Shown: piece after piece, positions 1 to 10,171 of the stretch
How the letters are laid out: every line of letters starts with the position of its first letter
Position numbering within the stretch: position 1 is the first letter of the stretch
DNA from: Bacteroidota bacterium
Lineage (GTDB): Bacteria > Bacteroidota > Bacteroidia > Palsa-965
Assembly (NCBI GenBank): GCA_046046005.1
Contig: JBJOKQ010000002.1
Location: 1 to 56,554 of the forward strand
Length of the DNA stretch: 56,554 bases
Reading direction: 5' to 3'
Notes under the pieces: generated by a model
Seen by the model: the letters and a program-made list of their open reading frames with translations, nothing else
Databases searched by the model: none
Told to the model about the DNA's origin: nothing
Program-made: the position numbers and the translations under genes

Positions 1-1818
1 ATCATAGATCATCATGTCTGCATATGTTGATGTGATCACAGTGAACATTCCATTGTTAGGGTTAGGATAAACACTTACCTGATTCAATTGGTATTCCTCA
101 ACACCAATACAGATTTGCACTTCGATTGTGTCTGTTGCAAAACCGCTACATCCGCTCAAAGAATCATAGATTGTATAAACGATAGTGTGAATTCCCGCGC
201 CGGCTGCCATAGGATCAAATTGACTTCCGCTTACACCCGGACCACTCCATGTTCCTCCGGCAGGAAAACCGCCGTTCAAAGTAATCGTACCAGGCTGTTC
301 GCACAACAAAGTGTCCGTGAGAACTAACGAAGCAGATGGTGCGTTAGGTGCTGAAAGCGTAACCGAAATAGAAGCAGTACAACTGTTAGCATCTGTCACT
401 GTTACTGTATATATACCGCCACCAAGTCCGGCAATGTCTTCAGTAGTCGCTGAATTATTCCACAAGTAGGAATATCCCGGTGTACCACCGTTCGTTGTCA
501 TGTCAATAGAGCCATCTGTGCTGGTACATGTACTCGGATTAGTTGACGATGAAACAGTAGACGAGAGCTGCGTCGGCTGAGTAACAGTAACTGAATTTGT
601 CACTGAACATCCGTTGATATCTGTAGCTACGCAAGAATAAGTTCCTGCAACCAATCCGTTAATCGTTGCTGTGGTAGCGTTGTTGCTCCAAAGGAAAGTA
701 CAATTGGAGTTTCCTCCGGTTGTTGCAATTTGCGCCGAACCACTAGCTGCACCAAAACAACTTGCGTCTGTTGCAGTTATTGTTGATGTAAGAACAGGCG
801 GATTGATAAGATTAATAAAATCCGTGTGTGTGCAACCTGCTGCATCAGTAATTGTGTAGGTGTATGTACCCGCAGTAAGTCCGGTAATTGTTGCTGTTGT
901 TGCTGTTGTTGACCACAAATATGTATAAGGACTTACTCCGCCGGTAGCAGCAATTGAAATTGATCCGTCTGCATCACCATTACACAACGGGGAAACAGCA
1001 ACCACATTGATTGTATCGAGATATGGATTCTGCGAAATGCTTACAGTTACTGTATCTGCATTTGAACAAGCATCAGCAACTATTACTGTATATATTCCGG
1101 CAGCAAGATTTGAAACAGTAGCTGAATTTGCTCCGTATGGTGTCCAAGTATATGTCAGACCAACACCTGTAGCCGAGATTGTAGCCGTTCCGGTGCTGTC
1201 GCCGAAGCAAGCTACGTTAGCAGAAGAAGCAACAGAAGCCGATACCGAGCTGCAGCATGGAGTCATTGAGTGGTTGCCAATGAAAGTAGTTGTATTCTGC
1301 GGATATACATCATACTGTGTTGCAGCAACAGCCCAGTTCGTATTACCCTGCTGAACGCCAATCATTCTCACCAATGTGAACTCGGACGTTGCGCCGCTTC
1401 CAACAGGCCAGTTCGTTCCGGGATCAACACCTACAATTCCGATGATGTCGACAACGGTATTTGTTGCGATATTCTTCAGTGACAATACGTCGTCACCGTT
1501 GAAGAATGTTATGGTATGCAGTGTATCTGAAACACCCGTGATTGCCGGAATAGCAGAAGGATTTCCAGCAACATAAACAGCACCGGGCGCCAAGGTTCCT
1601 TGTGGAAATAAAGAATCCGTTGGTGTTGGAGATCCGTTGTTATAACGATAGAATACGTAATTCGTTAGGTTGACAGTAGCGGAAGTCGGATTGTAAATCT
1701 CAACAGCCTTGTTGTTCGAAGCACCTTCAAGATATTCTGAGAAAAACAATTCGGAGCACTGTGAATAGGCAGCATTCCCTGCGAAAAGGGCAGCAACCAG
1801 AGTAAAAATTTTATTCAT
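1..1818 (-). CDS. Secreted surface protein with an N-terminal lamin-tail-like (LTD) domain, SprB-type Cys-bounded repeats and a T9SS type-A C-terminal sorting domain. The 3' end runs off the left edge.
   Basis: It is absent from the ORF track because there is no stop codon inside the window. The reverse complement of 1816-1818 is ATG, followed by MNKIFTLVAALFAGNAAYSQ (signal peptide). Next comes CSELFFSEYLEGASNNKAVEIYNPTSATVNLTNY (LTD-like). I spot-translated segments at 1-99, 1021-1080 and 1621-1818 in this frame and met no stop; the rest of the frame was not checked codon by codon. The last residues read EEYQLNQVSVYPNPNNGMFTVITS, which is the start of a T9SS CTD. The plus-strand ORFs listed here look spurious. 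Confidence 0.85.
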   Translation of the reverse strand, partial: MNKIFTLVAALFAGNAAYSQCSELFFSEYLEGASNNKAVEIYNPTSATVNLTNYVFYRYNNGSPTPTDSLFPQGTLAPGAVYVAGNPSAIPAITGVSDTLHTITFFNGDDVLSLKNIATNTVVDIIGIVGVDPGTNWPVGSGATSEFTLVRMIGVQQGNTNWAVAATQYDVYPQNTTTFIGNHSMTPCCSSVSASVASSANVACFGDSTGTATISATGVGLTYTWTPYGANSATVSNLAAGIYTVIVADACSNADTVTVSISQNPYLDTINVVAVSPLCNGDADGSISIAATGGVSPYTYLWSTTATTATITGLTAGTYTYTITDAAGCTHTDFINLINPPVLTSTITATDASCFGAASGSAQIATTGGNSNCTFLWSNNATTATINGLVAGTYSCVATDINGCSVTNSVTVTQPTQLSSTVSSSTNPSTCTSTDGSIDMTTNGGTPGYSYLWNNSATTEDIAGLGGGIYTVTVTDANSCTASISVTLSAPNAPSASLVLTDTLLCEQPGTITLNGGFPAGGTWSGPGVSGSQFDPMAAGAGIHTIVYTIYDSLSGCSGFATDTIEVQICIGVEEYQLNQVSVYPNPNNGMFTVITSTYADMMIYD

Positions 1819-1919
1819 TGGTTTGGAGTTAAAATTGGAGCCGCAAAGTTAAGGATTTGATGGCGAGTAGATGTTAAAATCATGTCGAATCAGGTTTAAT
1901 AATGATTCATTAACTTTAT

Positions 1920-4900
1920 ATGGTTAAGCCCCTACCCATGATATCACGTTTACTCGCCGTATTATTCTTTCTTGCTCTCAATGGCACTCCACTCTTTTCG
2001 CAGATTCTCATCAACGAAGTTTCCAGCGCCGGATACGAGCAATTTGCAGACGAAGACGGTGACCACAAAGACTGGATAGAATTTTACAATGCCGGGTCTG
2101 TTGCGGTTAACATGCAAGGTTACACCATTCAGTGTATTGAAGGATTGGAACAGCGCAGCTGGACGTTTCCGGAGATTTACATTCAACCCGGAGATCATCT
2201 GACTGTTTTTTTCTCAGGGAAGAATCGTCGCGACTATTTTGATCATTGGGAAGTACCGGTATATCCGCAGTTGCAGTTCAGATATATGCCGGGAATTTCG
2301 CAACCGCCGTCAAACTGGAATCAGGTTGGATTCAATGATACTCCGTGGTTACTTGCGCCGGGACCAATCGGTTATGGAGATGGAGATGATTCAACCGTAA
2401 TTGCGCCTGCAATTTCTTTGTACCAGCGAACTTCGTTCAACATTGCTGATACCGGCAATGTTGTAACCGCTGCATTTCTTGTTGACTTCGACGATGCATT
2501 TGTAGCGTATCTCAACGGGAAAGAAATAGCGCGATACAATGTAGGCGCGCCGGGTGTTGCTCCCATGTACAACGAATATGCGTACGACGATCACGAAGCG
2601 TATCAATATCAAAACGGAGGTTGGTCCGGATTGTTTTTTGTTCCGTCAACATCGCTCGATACAATCATTCGACTTGGTACAAATGTTTTTTCCGTGGAGA
2701 CGCACAATGCAGCGAGCGGAATGGATGACATGACCATGTACCCTGCTTTGTTGCTAGGAATTGCAGATACAACCGTCACTTACTTCCCGTTTCCTGCAGA
2801 GGTGAATCTTCACACATCCTTTTCGCTTAACAGCACCGGACAAAAACTTATTCTCAGAAATGCACTGAATGCGATTTCGGATTCCATCACGCTAGGCGGA
2901 ATGCAGAACAATCATTCGCGCGGAAGACAGCCGGATGGATCTGCTAACTGGTGTGTGTTCACACAACCAACACCTGACACGACCAACTTCTCGTTGTCAT
3001 GTTATTCCGGTTACGGAAATTCTCCTGTCATAACTTTGACATCAGGATTCTACAACGGCGCGCAAAGCACAACAATCACTTATTCAACTCCGGGTAGTGT
3101 TTACTATACCTACAACGGACAAGTTCCGCAAATCACATCAGCACAGTATTCCGGAAGCGTAAGCATTGATTCAACACTTGTGTTGCGTGCTAAACTGATT
3201 CCATCCGACACGTTGCTTCTGCCCGGACCTCCGGCAGCATCTTCGTATTTCCTCAATGAAAATGTGAGTTTGCCTGTAGTTTCATTGACAACTGATCCGT
3301 ACAATCTTTTCGATCAGAATTACGGGATTTATGTATTGAATACGACGGATACCAACTTCGCGGACATCCCGTTTCAAAATGCAAACTTCTGGCAAGGATG
3401 GGTACGACCATGCAACGTTGCATTCTTCGACACGACGCATACTTTAAAATTTGAAACAGCGGCGTCCATCCGCATTCAAGGAAACTACTCGAAGATATTT
3501 GCGCAGAAAGGGTTTTTCATTGATCTCGATGACGACTACGGAGCGAAGCCATTGCAATATCAATTGTTCCCTGATAAACCCGCTGATGAATACAGAGGAT
3601 TCAATCTACGTAACACCGGAACGGATTATAACAATTGTCATATGCGCGATCGTATGATTCATAAAACCGTACAGGAAGATTGTGATGTGGAAATGATGGA
3701 TGGATTCGCTTGCGTTGTTTTCATCAATGGAGAATACTGGGGCGTGTATGAAATGCGCGAGAAACAAGACAAACATTACATCGCGAATAATTCCGATGCA
3801 GATGATGACAGTCTGGACTTTCTGCAGTTCAACGGAGATATCATTGAAGGCAGCAACAAAGATTTTCTGGATACTTACACTTTCATCACGAACAACGACA
3901 TGACGCAACAACCGTTGTTTGATTCCGCATCAACGATGATTGATGTGAGTAACGTTGCTGATTATTTCGCTATTGAAACATTTTACGGTAATACCGATTG
4001 GCTTGGCGGCTACACCAACAACATCAAGTTCTGGAGAGAACAAAGTCCGGATGGAAAATGGCGTTACGTCCTGTGGGATCTGGATCTTGCATTGAATTCA
4101 GACACGCTGAACATGCTTTCTGTAGCAATCAATCCGCCGGTTGCGAACCCGCACTCGGCCATGCTGAACGCATTGTTACAAAATGATTCGTTCAAAGAAT
4201 ATTTTGTAAATCGTTATGCCGACCTGTTGAACACAACATTCTATCCAACGAACATGTACAACCAGATTCTTTATGAATACAATGTAATGCGTCCGGAAAT
4301 GTATCGCCACTTTCAGAAATGGGGCGTTGGCGGATCGCCTTACACGCCACAGTGGTTGCAATTTCCTGTCGACACTGTCGATTGGATGCTGAATGTTTCT
4401 GATCTCGCGGCAGTGATGCTGGCTCGTCCGTATAATACACGCTTGCAATTGCAGCAGCAATTCAATTTACCGCAACAAGTGACAACGACCTTTGATGTTT
4501 TCCCTGCCGGAGCCGGAACGATTAAACTCAATACTATACAGCCTGATTCGTTACCGTGGTCCGGAGTTTACTTCACGAATAATCCGATTTCGATGACTGC
4601 ACAAGTAAACAACGGATACGAGTTTCTCTATTGGGAATATGTGAGCGGAACAGACACAACAAAATATTACGGACGAACATTGAAGATTGATGTAGACTCC
4701 GCAGATTATTTCCGTGCGGTATACAAAACCATTCCGCCTCCGGAAACAGGTTTCGCAGTTTATCCGAATCCGTTTTACGATGTGCTTACAATGAATTACT
4801 CATTGAGTGAAGCTTCGGCAGTTACAATTCGTGTGTATGATATCTCAGGAAGACTGGTAAGTGAACCTTTACCATCTTCGAGTTACGTAGCTCCGGGAAA

Positions 4901-5024
4901 TTACACGATGCAACTTGATGCAGCAGCACTGGGACTTGCCGGTGGAATGTACTTCTTCGAAATGCGCGCCGGCGACTTCCGCAAAACAGTAAAAATGATT
5001 TGCGGAAGGCCCAAGGCACAGTAA
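1920..5024 (+). CDS. CotH kinase family protein with an N-terminal LTD domain and a T9SS C-terminal sorting domain
   Basis: 1034-aa ORF. The signal peptide is MISRLLAVLFFLALNGTPLFSQ, so an alternative start at 1938 is possible. The LTD signature is ILINEVSSAGYEQFADEDGDHKDWIEFYNAG. CotH-like blocks are IRIQGNYSKIFAQKGFFIDL, FNLRNTGTDYNNCHMRDRM and VVFINGEYWGVYEMREKQDKHYI. The C-terminus FAVYPNPFYDVLTMNYSL is a T9SS CTD. Confidence 0.85.
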   Translation: MVKPLPMISRLLAVLFFLALNGTPLFSQILINEVSSAGYEQFADEDGDHKDWIEFYNAGSVAVNMQGYTIQCIEGLEQRSWTFPEIYIQPGDHLTVFFSGKNRRDYFDHWEVPVYPQLQFRYMPGISQPPSNWNQVGFNDTPWLLAPGPIGYGDGDDSTVIAPAISLYQRTSFNIADTGNVVTAAFLVDFDDAFVAYLNGKEIARYNVGAPGVAPMYNEYAYDDHEAYQYQNGGWSGLFFVPSTSLDTIIRLGTNVFSVETHNAASGMDDMTMYPALLLGIADTTVTYFPFPAEVNLHTSFSLNSTGQKLILRNALNAISDSITLGGMQNNHSRGRQPDGSANWCVFTQPTPDTTNFSLSCYSGYGNSPVITLTSGFYNGAQSTTITYSTPGSVYYTYNGQVPQITSAQYSGSVSIDSTLVLRAKLIPSDTLLLPGPPAASSYFLNENVSLPVVSLTTDPYNLFDQNYGIYVLNTTDTNFADIPFQNANFWQGWVRPCNVAFFDTTHTLKFETAASIRIQGNYSKIFAQKGFFIDLDDDYGAKPLQYQLFPDKPADEYRGFNLRNTGTDYNNCHMRDRMIHKTVQEDCDVEMMDGFACVVFINGEYWGVYEMREKQDKHYIANNSDADDDSLDFLQFNGDIIEGSNKDFLDTYTFITNNDMTQQPLFDSASTMIDVSNVADYFAIETFYGNTDWLGGYTNNIKFWREQSPDGKWRYVLWDLDLALNSDTLNMLSVAINPPVANPHSAMLNALLQNDSFKEYFVNRYADLLNTTFYPTNMYNQILYEYNVMRPEMYRHFQKWGVGGSPYTPQWLQFPVDTVDWMLNVSDLAAVMLARPYNTRLQLQQQFNLPQQVTTTFDVFPAGAGTIKLNTIQPDSLPWSGVYFTNNPISMTAQVNNGYEFLYWEYVSGTDTTKYYGRTLKIDVDSADYFRAVYKTIPPPETGFAVYPNPFYDVLTMNYSLSEASAVTIRVYDISGRLVSEPLPSSSYVAPGNYTMQLDAAALGLAGGMYFFEMRAGDFRKTVKMICGRPKAQ

Positions 5025-5027
5025 GAA

Positions 5028-8000
5028 TTACTGAATGATCATGCGCTGCGATTGCGTTCCGTCTTCTGTAATCAGAGAAACAATGTAAGCACCATTACTG
5101 AGGAAAGAGAGATCTGCTTCAACAACTTCAGAATCCTGATTGGCGTAATATTTTTTGTACACTACATTACCAAGCAGATCACACACCTGAATTGTTGCGT
5201 CTTTGCGTTGCGACATTTGCAGATCAAATGCAACTTTCCCATCAGATGGATTCGGATAAATATTAAACACATCAGCAGCAGTGCTTGATACAGTGTCGAT
5301 GCTGTTGGTTAGACCGACAGTGAACTGCTGGTATACTTGCCCGCCGAAATCAGAGTTGAATGATTTAATGATTTGAGTCGTTGTAGTATTTCTGAATCGC
5401 ACGTAACCGGTCCCTTGAGCCGTATTTGCCCACCAGTTTAATCCATCCTCGCCGCTATCATTCAATTCAAAAACGTAACAACCGTATGGTAATGTTACAG
5501 TGTCGCGATACGTAGTAGATGCGTTTAATCCTGAACGAGACACGACAACATTTCCGTTTTCGTCCTTCAAAGTGTATGAATTTTCCCAAGGATTGTTGTT
5601 CGTGCGCAATTCAATCCAGAAAGTAGCCGGCATCACAAGCGGATAAGGGAACACATTCGTTCTTGAATTGTTCAATGAATACTGATCGGTTCCGCCGTTA
5701 GGTGCACTGATTGTAACGTTGAAATCCGTTGCTCCGGTCACCCATTGGAAATTTCCAAGTGTAATCACAGTGTCTTCCATGAAATCCAGATTACCTGTCC
5801 ATTGATAAACGGATGGAACTCCGCCAATCATTCCGTATGTAATCGTCAATGAAGTCAGTGCAGTTGAACCTGTATTCTTAATTCTGATTACAGGCTCCAT
5901 GCACACCGAGTTGAAGCGACTCCACATTTGATCATTGCCCGGCGCAAGAATTTCTTCCAATGAAGCGTCCAGCGTGAAATTCGGAGCAGAATAGAAAACC
6001 ACCTGATCTTCGATCTGATAATAATCCCATCCGCTCGTGTTAGTGTATGGCTGCACATCGTGATTCAATACAGCGGTGTCGCCCGGAGTTACAAACGGAG
6101 TCAGTTCGAAATCGTAAGTCCATACTTCAGCTCCAGGGCACCAGTTCGAACGATCGTACACCCATGTTCCTCCCTGCGGATACAAAGGATTCAGATCGCA
6201 GTTGTCGCGCCACACCAATTGTGTGTACTCAAGCGTGTTGTCAACGAGATAATAATGATTCTTCGGACAGAACTCAGCGCAATTCTGCGGCGTATCCATT
6301 CCATGACCGGTTACACGCGATTTCCAGCGAGAATTCGTTGCGTTCGCAGGAACAGGAACAGTTAACGGCACGAGATGATTTTCAATCGGGTTGCTTGCAA
6401 ATCCGTAATCGAAGTTACCGTTCCACAGGTTACGGATTTCAATTACATCACGGGGTGGAGTACCGAGAATCATCAGAAATTTTACGTCGAGAAGTTCCTG
6501 CCAATTTCCTGCAGCAAGGTGAACGGAATCACTCAGCAAAGTAACGTAATCACTTACATCGAATGTCCATGTCCAGCCGTTGCCAAGACTCAATCCGTTT
6601 CCGTAAGGAGTGATATAACGCGCCATTTCATAGCGGATCACCTGAGGGAAATAGTTGAAGTAATCGTAACTGCTCTGATAAATTGTGCTGTCTGCAGAAA
6701 TGTTCGCTGCAACCGGCCAACCGATGATTGTATCTGTTGCAACACCGGGAGCGTTTACTGAATCAGCAAATACAAGGATTTGATAAGGTGTGTTCAATGT
6801 TGAATCGATCACCAGAACAGAATCTATGTAAGACGTGTAAACTCCTTGCTCAAAACCAATCTGTACACGCAAAGATGATTCGTTGAAGTTGCGTGTAATT
6901 TCAGAAGAAGGTTTCAATGGATTCTGAACTCCCGTAAACACAGCATCAGCGTGATTTCCGGCAGCGTCGTCAGCAGCCGTTACGTAGTTGCCATCGTTGA
7001 AGTTGAAATGCATCACGAGGTTGGCGTAGTTTGTATCTGAAGGTGTGATCGGATTGTTCATGTAGTTCTGAATCTCAGCAGGAGTTAAAACTTTATTGAG
7101 CACCATGAACTCATCCGCACGACCTGCGTACGAAATAGAACCACCCCAATTGCCACGCAACAAACGGAAGTGAGAAATTCCGTTCATGGTACGCGTCATT
7201 GCTGTACCGCTGTGCCATTGTACTCCATTCAGATAAATTTTCATCTGACCTGTTGCAACATTCTTGGTGAATGTCCAATAGTTCCACTGACCTTCATACT
7301 CGCTCACTGTTGCGGCTTTGTTGATACGATCATACGAACCGCTCCCGCTGTTACCGGCATCCCAATAAACATTCGCATTGCTCCATGGTCCGTGAACATT
7401 GAGCACACGCTGTCCGAGTGAATCAATCGCTTCGAATGTGGTTCCGTCCTGAGGTTGAGCAGCAACATCACCGAAACTCCAGAATGCCACTGTGATGAAT
7501 GAATCGATTGCAGCAAGCTCGTTGCTTACAGGAACTGTAATGTAACCGTTAGGATCAGCAGCTACAGCACGATCGTTGTGCGAAAGTGTGAGCACAGATT
7601 GAAATGGTGTTGCGTCCGCGGCAGCGAGATACGACACTCCTGTATTCGTGTTATCATAAGTAACTTCAACAATGATATTAGAAACGCCGTCCCAAGTGAA
7701 TGGAGTCGTCAACTGAATGGAGTTCCAACCTGCCGACATGAACTGCGTGTTCTGCGAATAAACCTGAGTGAACCCTGATCCGCTGTAATTGGCATTGGAA
7801 AGTGAATCTTCTGTTGTATGTTTCATTCGCACCGTCATGTTGCGCATCAAACTTCCATTTGTTAAGAGATTCCATTGTAATCCTGTAATATTTCCAGCGG
7901 TCAAACCTGCTGCTGTCAATTCAGAAGCTCTCCAGATCATCTGCGTTTTGGAAATCGGCTGTAAAGCCCCGAAAGGATAGTTTGCAGAACCCATTCCTGC

Positions 8001-8420
8001 GCCGATCATTGCAGTGTCCAGAGAAGTGGTTGAGGTATGAACGATGAAATACTGATAAGACGAATCCACCGCGTAGGTAGGTTGCGTACTGTATGCAACA
8101 CTATCAGGTGTATTCCCATTCACCATAAGCATCGGTTGAACGACAACTGAGGAATCCGTCAAACCGGTGTGATCGTACACGTAAGTGTTGGTAAGATAAT
8201 CCCACTCTCCACAAGCCGGATTCTGCGCAGGATTACACTTCAAGGTGTACTTCATGATGATCTTTTCGTATCGGTTGGTATCCGAAGGAAAAAGAAACCA
8301 GGCGTCCTGCGGAGAACCGAATGTGAAAGTTTGTACCACGATAGTGTCGCCTGGATTATTCTGAGCAACAACGTTCAATGTGCAGACAGCTGCGAAAAGG
8401 AAAGCGAATATATTTTTCAT
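5028..8420 (-). CDS. Peptide-N-glycosidase F-related / LamG-like giant secreted protein with a T9SS CTD
   Basis: The ORF is trimmed to the internal ATG at 8420, giving MKNIFAFLFAAVCTLNVVAQ (signal peptide). The block NCAEFCPKNHYYLVDNTLEYTQLVWRDNCDLNPLYPQGGTWVYDRSNWCPGAEV matches my memory of the PNGase F-related C-terminal family. A central LamG/concanavalin-like stretch reads MKIYLNGVQWHSG...RADEFMVLNKVLT. The C-terminal FNIYPNPSDGKVAFDL is a T9SS CTD. Confidence 0.8.
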   Translation of the reverse strand: MKNIFAFLFAAVCTLNVVAQNNPGDTIVVQTFTFGSPQDAWFLFPSDTNRYEKIIMKYTLKCNPAQNPACGEWDYLTNTYVYDHTGLTDSSVVVQPMLMVNGNTPDSVAYSTQPTYAVDSSYQYFIVHTSTTSLDTAMIGAGMGSANYPFGALQPISKTQMIWRASELTAAGLTAGNITGLQWNLLTNGSLMRNMTVRMKHTTEDSLSNANYSGSGFTQVYSQNTQFMSAGWNSIQLTTPFTWDGVSNIIVEVTYDNTNTGVSYLAAADATPFQSVLTLSHNDRAVAADPNGYITVPVSNELAAIDSFITVAFWSFGDVAAQPQDGTTFEAIDSLGQRVLNVHGPWSNANVYWDAGNSGSGSYDRINKAATVSEYEGQWNYWTFTKNVATGQMKIYLNGVQWHSGTAMTRTMNGISHFRLLRGNWGGSISYAGRADEFMVLNKVLTPAEIQNYMNNPITPSDTNYANLVMHFNFNDGNYVTAADDAAGNHADAVFTGVQNPLKPSSEITRNFNESSLRVQIGFEQGVYTSYIDSVLVIDSTLNTPYQILVFADSVNAPGVATDTIIGWPVAANISADSTIYQSSYDYFNYFPQVIRYEMARYITPYGNGLSLGNGWTWTFDVSDYVTLLSDSVHLAAGNWQELLDVKFLMILGTPPRDVIEIRNLWNGNFDYGFASNPIENHLVPLTVPVPANATNSRWKSRVTGHGMDTPQNCAEFCPKNHYYLVDNTLEYTQLVWRDNCDLNPLYPQGGTWVYDRSNWCPGAEVWTYDFELTPFVTPGDTAVLNHDVQPYTNTSGWDYYQIEDQVVFYSAPNFTLDASLEEILAPGNDQMWSRFNSVCMEPVIRIKNTGSTALTSLTITYGMIGGVPSVYQWTGNLDFMEDTVITLGNFQWVTGATDFNVTISAPNGGTDQYSLNNSRTNVFPYPLVMPATFWIELRTNNNPWENSYTLKDENGNVVVSRSGLNASTTYRDTVTLPYGCYVFELNDSGEDGLNWWANTAQGTGYVRFRNTTTTQIIKSFNSDFGGQVYQQFTVGLTNSIDTVSSTAADVFNIYPNPSDGKVAFDLQMSQRKDATIQVCDLLGNVVYKKYYANQDSEVVEADLSFLSNGAYIVSLITEDGTQSQRMIIQ

Positions 8421-8521
8421 GATATCGGGAAAATCGTCTCCGAAAATACACTTAACTTCACTGCTGACACTAAGCCTATTCTGCTTCACCATTGATCAGT
8501 ATTGACCATAAAGAAACAGCC

Positions 8522-9079
8522 ATGCCAATTCATCGACGAATCCCTGCTTTTGCACTCCGAAAAAACATTCTTTTTTCAGTGTTGATACTTTTCGTTTCAA
8601 TGCTGAACGCGCAGTCCTTCCCGGATCAGTTCATTGGTAACTGGAAAGGCAAGCTGAACATTTATCAAGGTCCGAAGTTGGCACAAACCATTAATGTTGC
8701 TTTGGATGTGATGCCGCTGGATTCGGGACGATACGATTGGGTAATCACCTATGGTGACAGTGGAAAAGACGTTCGTCCGTACATGCTCATTCCCGTGGAC
8801 ACCGCAAAAGGACATTGGGCAATTGACGAAAAAGACGGAATTGTATTGGACATTTTCGTGACCGGGAAAAAGTTCACGAGTACGTTTGCTGTAATGGGCA
8901 GTGCCGTTCAGGTTTGTTACTGGATTGAGGGAGAAGAATTGTGCATGGAGATCTGGTCATTCAACGAAAAACCGGATCACAAAAGCGGACTTGGGACAGA
9001 AGAAGTTCCTGAAGTGAACGTTTACAAATTCAGCGGGTATCACTTTGCAAAAATGCAGAAGGTGAAAGGGAAGAAGTAG
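8522..9079 (+). CDS. Hypothetical secreted protein (small beta-rich, lipocalin-like guess)
   Basis: The ORF is trimmed to ATG 8522: MPIHRRIPAFALRKNILFSVLILFVSMLNAQ (signal peptide). I recognise no family motif. Confidence 0.6.
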   Translation: MPIHRRIPAFALRKNILFSVLILFVSMLNAQSFPDQFIGNWKGKLNIYQGPKLAQTINVALDVMPLDSGRYDWVITYGDSGKDVRPYMLIPVDTAKGHWAIDEKDGIVLDIFVTGKKFTSTFAVMGSAVQVCYWIEGEELCMEIWSFNEKPDHKSGLGTEEVPEVNVYKFSGYHFAKMQKVKGKK

Positions 9080-9083
9080 TTGT

Positions 9084-9629
9084 TTAGTGCGACTCTCCTT
9101 CTTTATGCTCTTCACTTTCGTGCTGTTCGCTTTGTTGTTGCGGCTTCACGAGTGAATCCATTGGCCAACGTGCTTCGAGTGTGTCCATCATTGCTGCAGA
9201 CCAATCCGTGAGCATTTTTTTCTGCGCATCAGAGAGTTTTGCTTCGCTGTGCATCCAGGTGTAGGAGTCGAGCGGCATTTCACCTTCGTTCACCATTTCA
9301 GCAACTTCTTCCAGTTTGTGATACTGACGACGTAAGCTGTACGTTGCAAACTCGTCGAAGTTCAATTCCCCTTTTCCTTCTTCGATATGATGATCAATCC
9401 AGAAACCAACAGGTTGAATTTTCATGTACCACATAGGTGCACTGTTGTTGGAGTGACAGTCGTTACACGCTGCTTTGAGCACGTCATTTACTTCCGTTGA
9501 AACAGGAAGTGCTGCGTTAAGTGTATTAACTGCCACAACTTCATGCTGATTACCTTCAGGACGGACAAACTGAATTGCCACTAGTGCGATGAGAAGAATA
9601 ACGAAGAAACGTTTGATGAACTTTGCCAT
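9084..9629 (-). CDS. Heme-binding domain-containing protein (membrane-anchored, CxxCH)
   Basis: There is an N-terminal TM helix. The block CNDCHSNNSAPMWYMKIQPVGFWIDHHIEEGKGELNFDEF matches the Haem_bd family pattern as I remember it. Confidence 0.8.
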   Translation of the reverse strand: MAKFIKRFFVILLIALVAIQFVRPEGNQHEVVAVNTLNAALPVSTEVNDVLKAACNDCHSNNSAPMWYMKIQPVGFWIDHHIEEGKGELNFDEFATYSLRRQYHKLEEVAEMVNEGEMPLDSYTWMHSEAKLSDAQKKMLTDWSAAMMDTLEARWPMDSLVKPQQQSEQHESEEHKEGESH

Positions 9630-9697
9630 AATGCAAAGATAAGTGATTCAAAGTTCAGATGATTCGATAATTCAATATGAGATAACTCATCATCGCA

Positions 9698-10147
9698 TCA
9701 GTTAATGATCCAAACTCCATTAAGAGCGACCATATAGCGAGCTGGCTGCGTTTCTCTTACGGACACAACAATGAGAAGATGTGCATTGCAATTCCCACAT
9801 TCTGCAGCAACATATTCCGCTGTTCCACCCAACTTGGTAACATAATTCAGGAAATCCGCGAATGAATAACGATCAGCAATTCCGTTTTGAAGCACTTGTT
9901 CTTCGGTCAAAATCCTTTCGGAAATGAGCGTTTGAACTTTATTGCCTAGAAACTCGCGAATACCGATTCGCATGGCATTTGACTCGCAGGCAGGACAATT
10001 AACTGCACAGATTATTGTTCCGAAATCAGCACCGTCGAAATCGCCATCGAAAAATACATGATCGTATTCTTTGTGTGCTTTGATTGCAGTCGAACTGACC
10101 GCAACGCTTTTATCCGGCTTCAAAAGGCGATATCCATGATTGTTCAT
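9698..10147 (-). CDS. Hypothetical cytoplasmic protein with a four-Cys (CPAC...CGNC) putative zinc-ribbon-like site
   Basis: 149-aa ORF with no signal peptide. Two CxxC pairs (CPAC and CGNC) lie about 65 residues apart. I recognise no family. Confidence 0.6.
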   Translation of the reverse strand: MNNHGYRLLKPDKSVAVSSTAIKAHKEYDHVFFDGDFDGADFGTIICAVNCPACESNAMRIGIREFLGNKVQTLISERILTEEQVLQNGIADRYSFADFLNYVTKLGGTAEYVAAECGNCNAHLLIVVSVRETQPARYMVALNGVWIIN

Positions 10148-10171
10148 TCACCAAATATATGAACGACCAGC

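Noticed and set aside
6047-6544. 165-aa plus-strand ORF inside the PNGase-F-like gene
   Set aside because: It is antisense to a strongly supported 1131-aa gene. The sequence is Arg/Ser-rich and low-complexity, typical of a shadow ORF.
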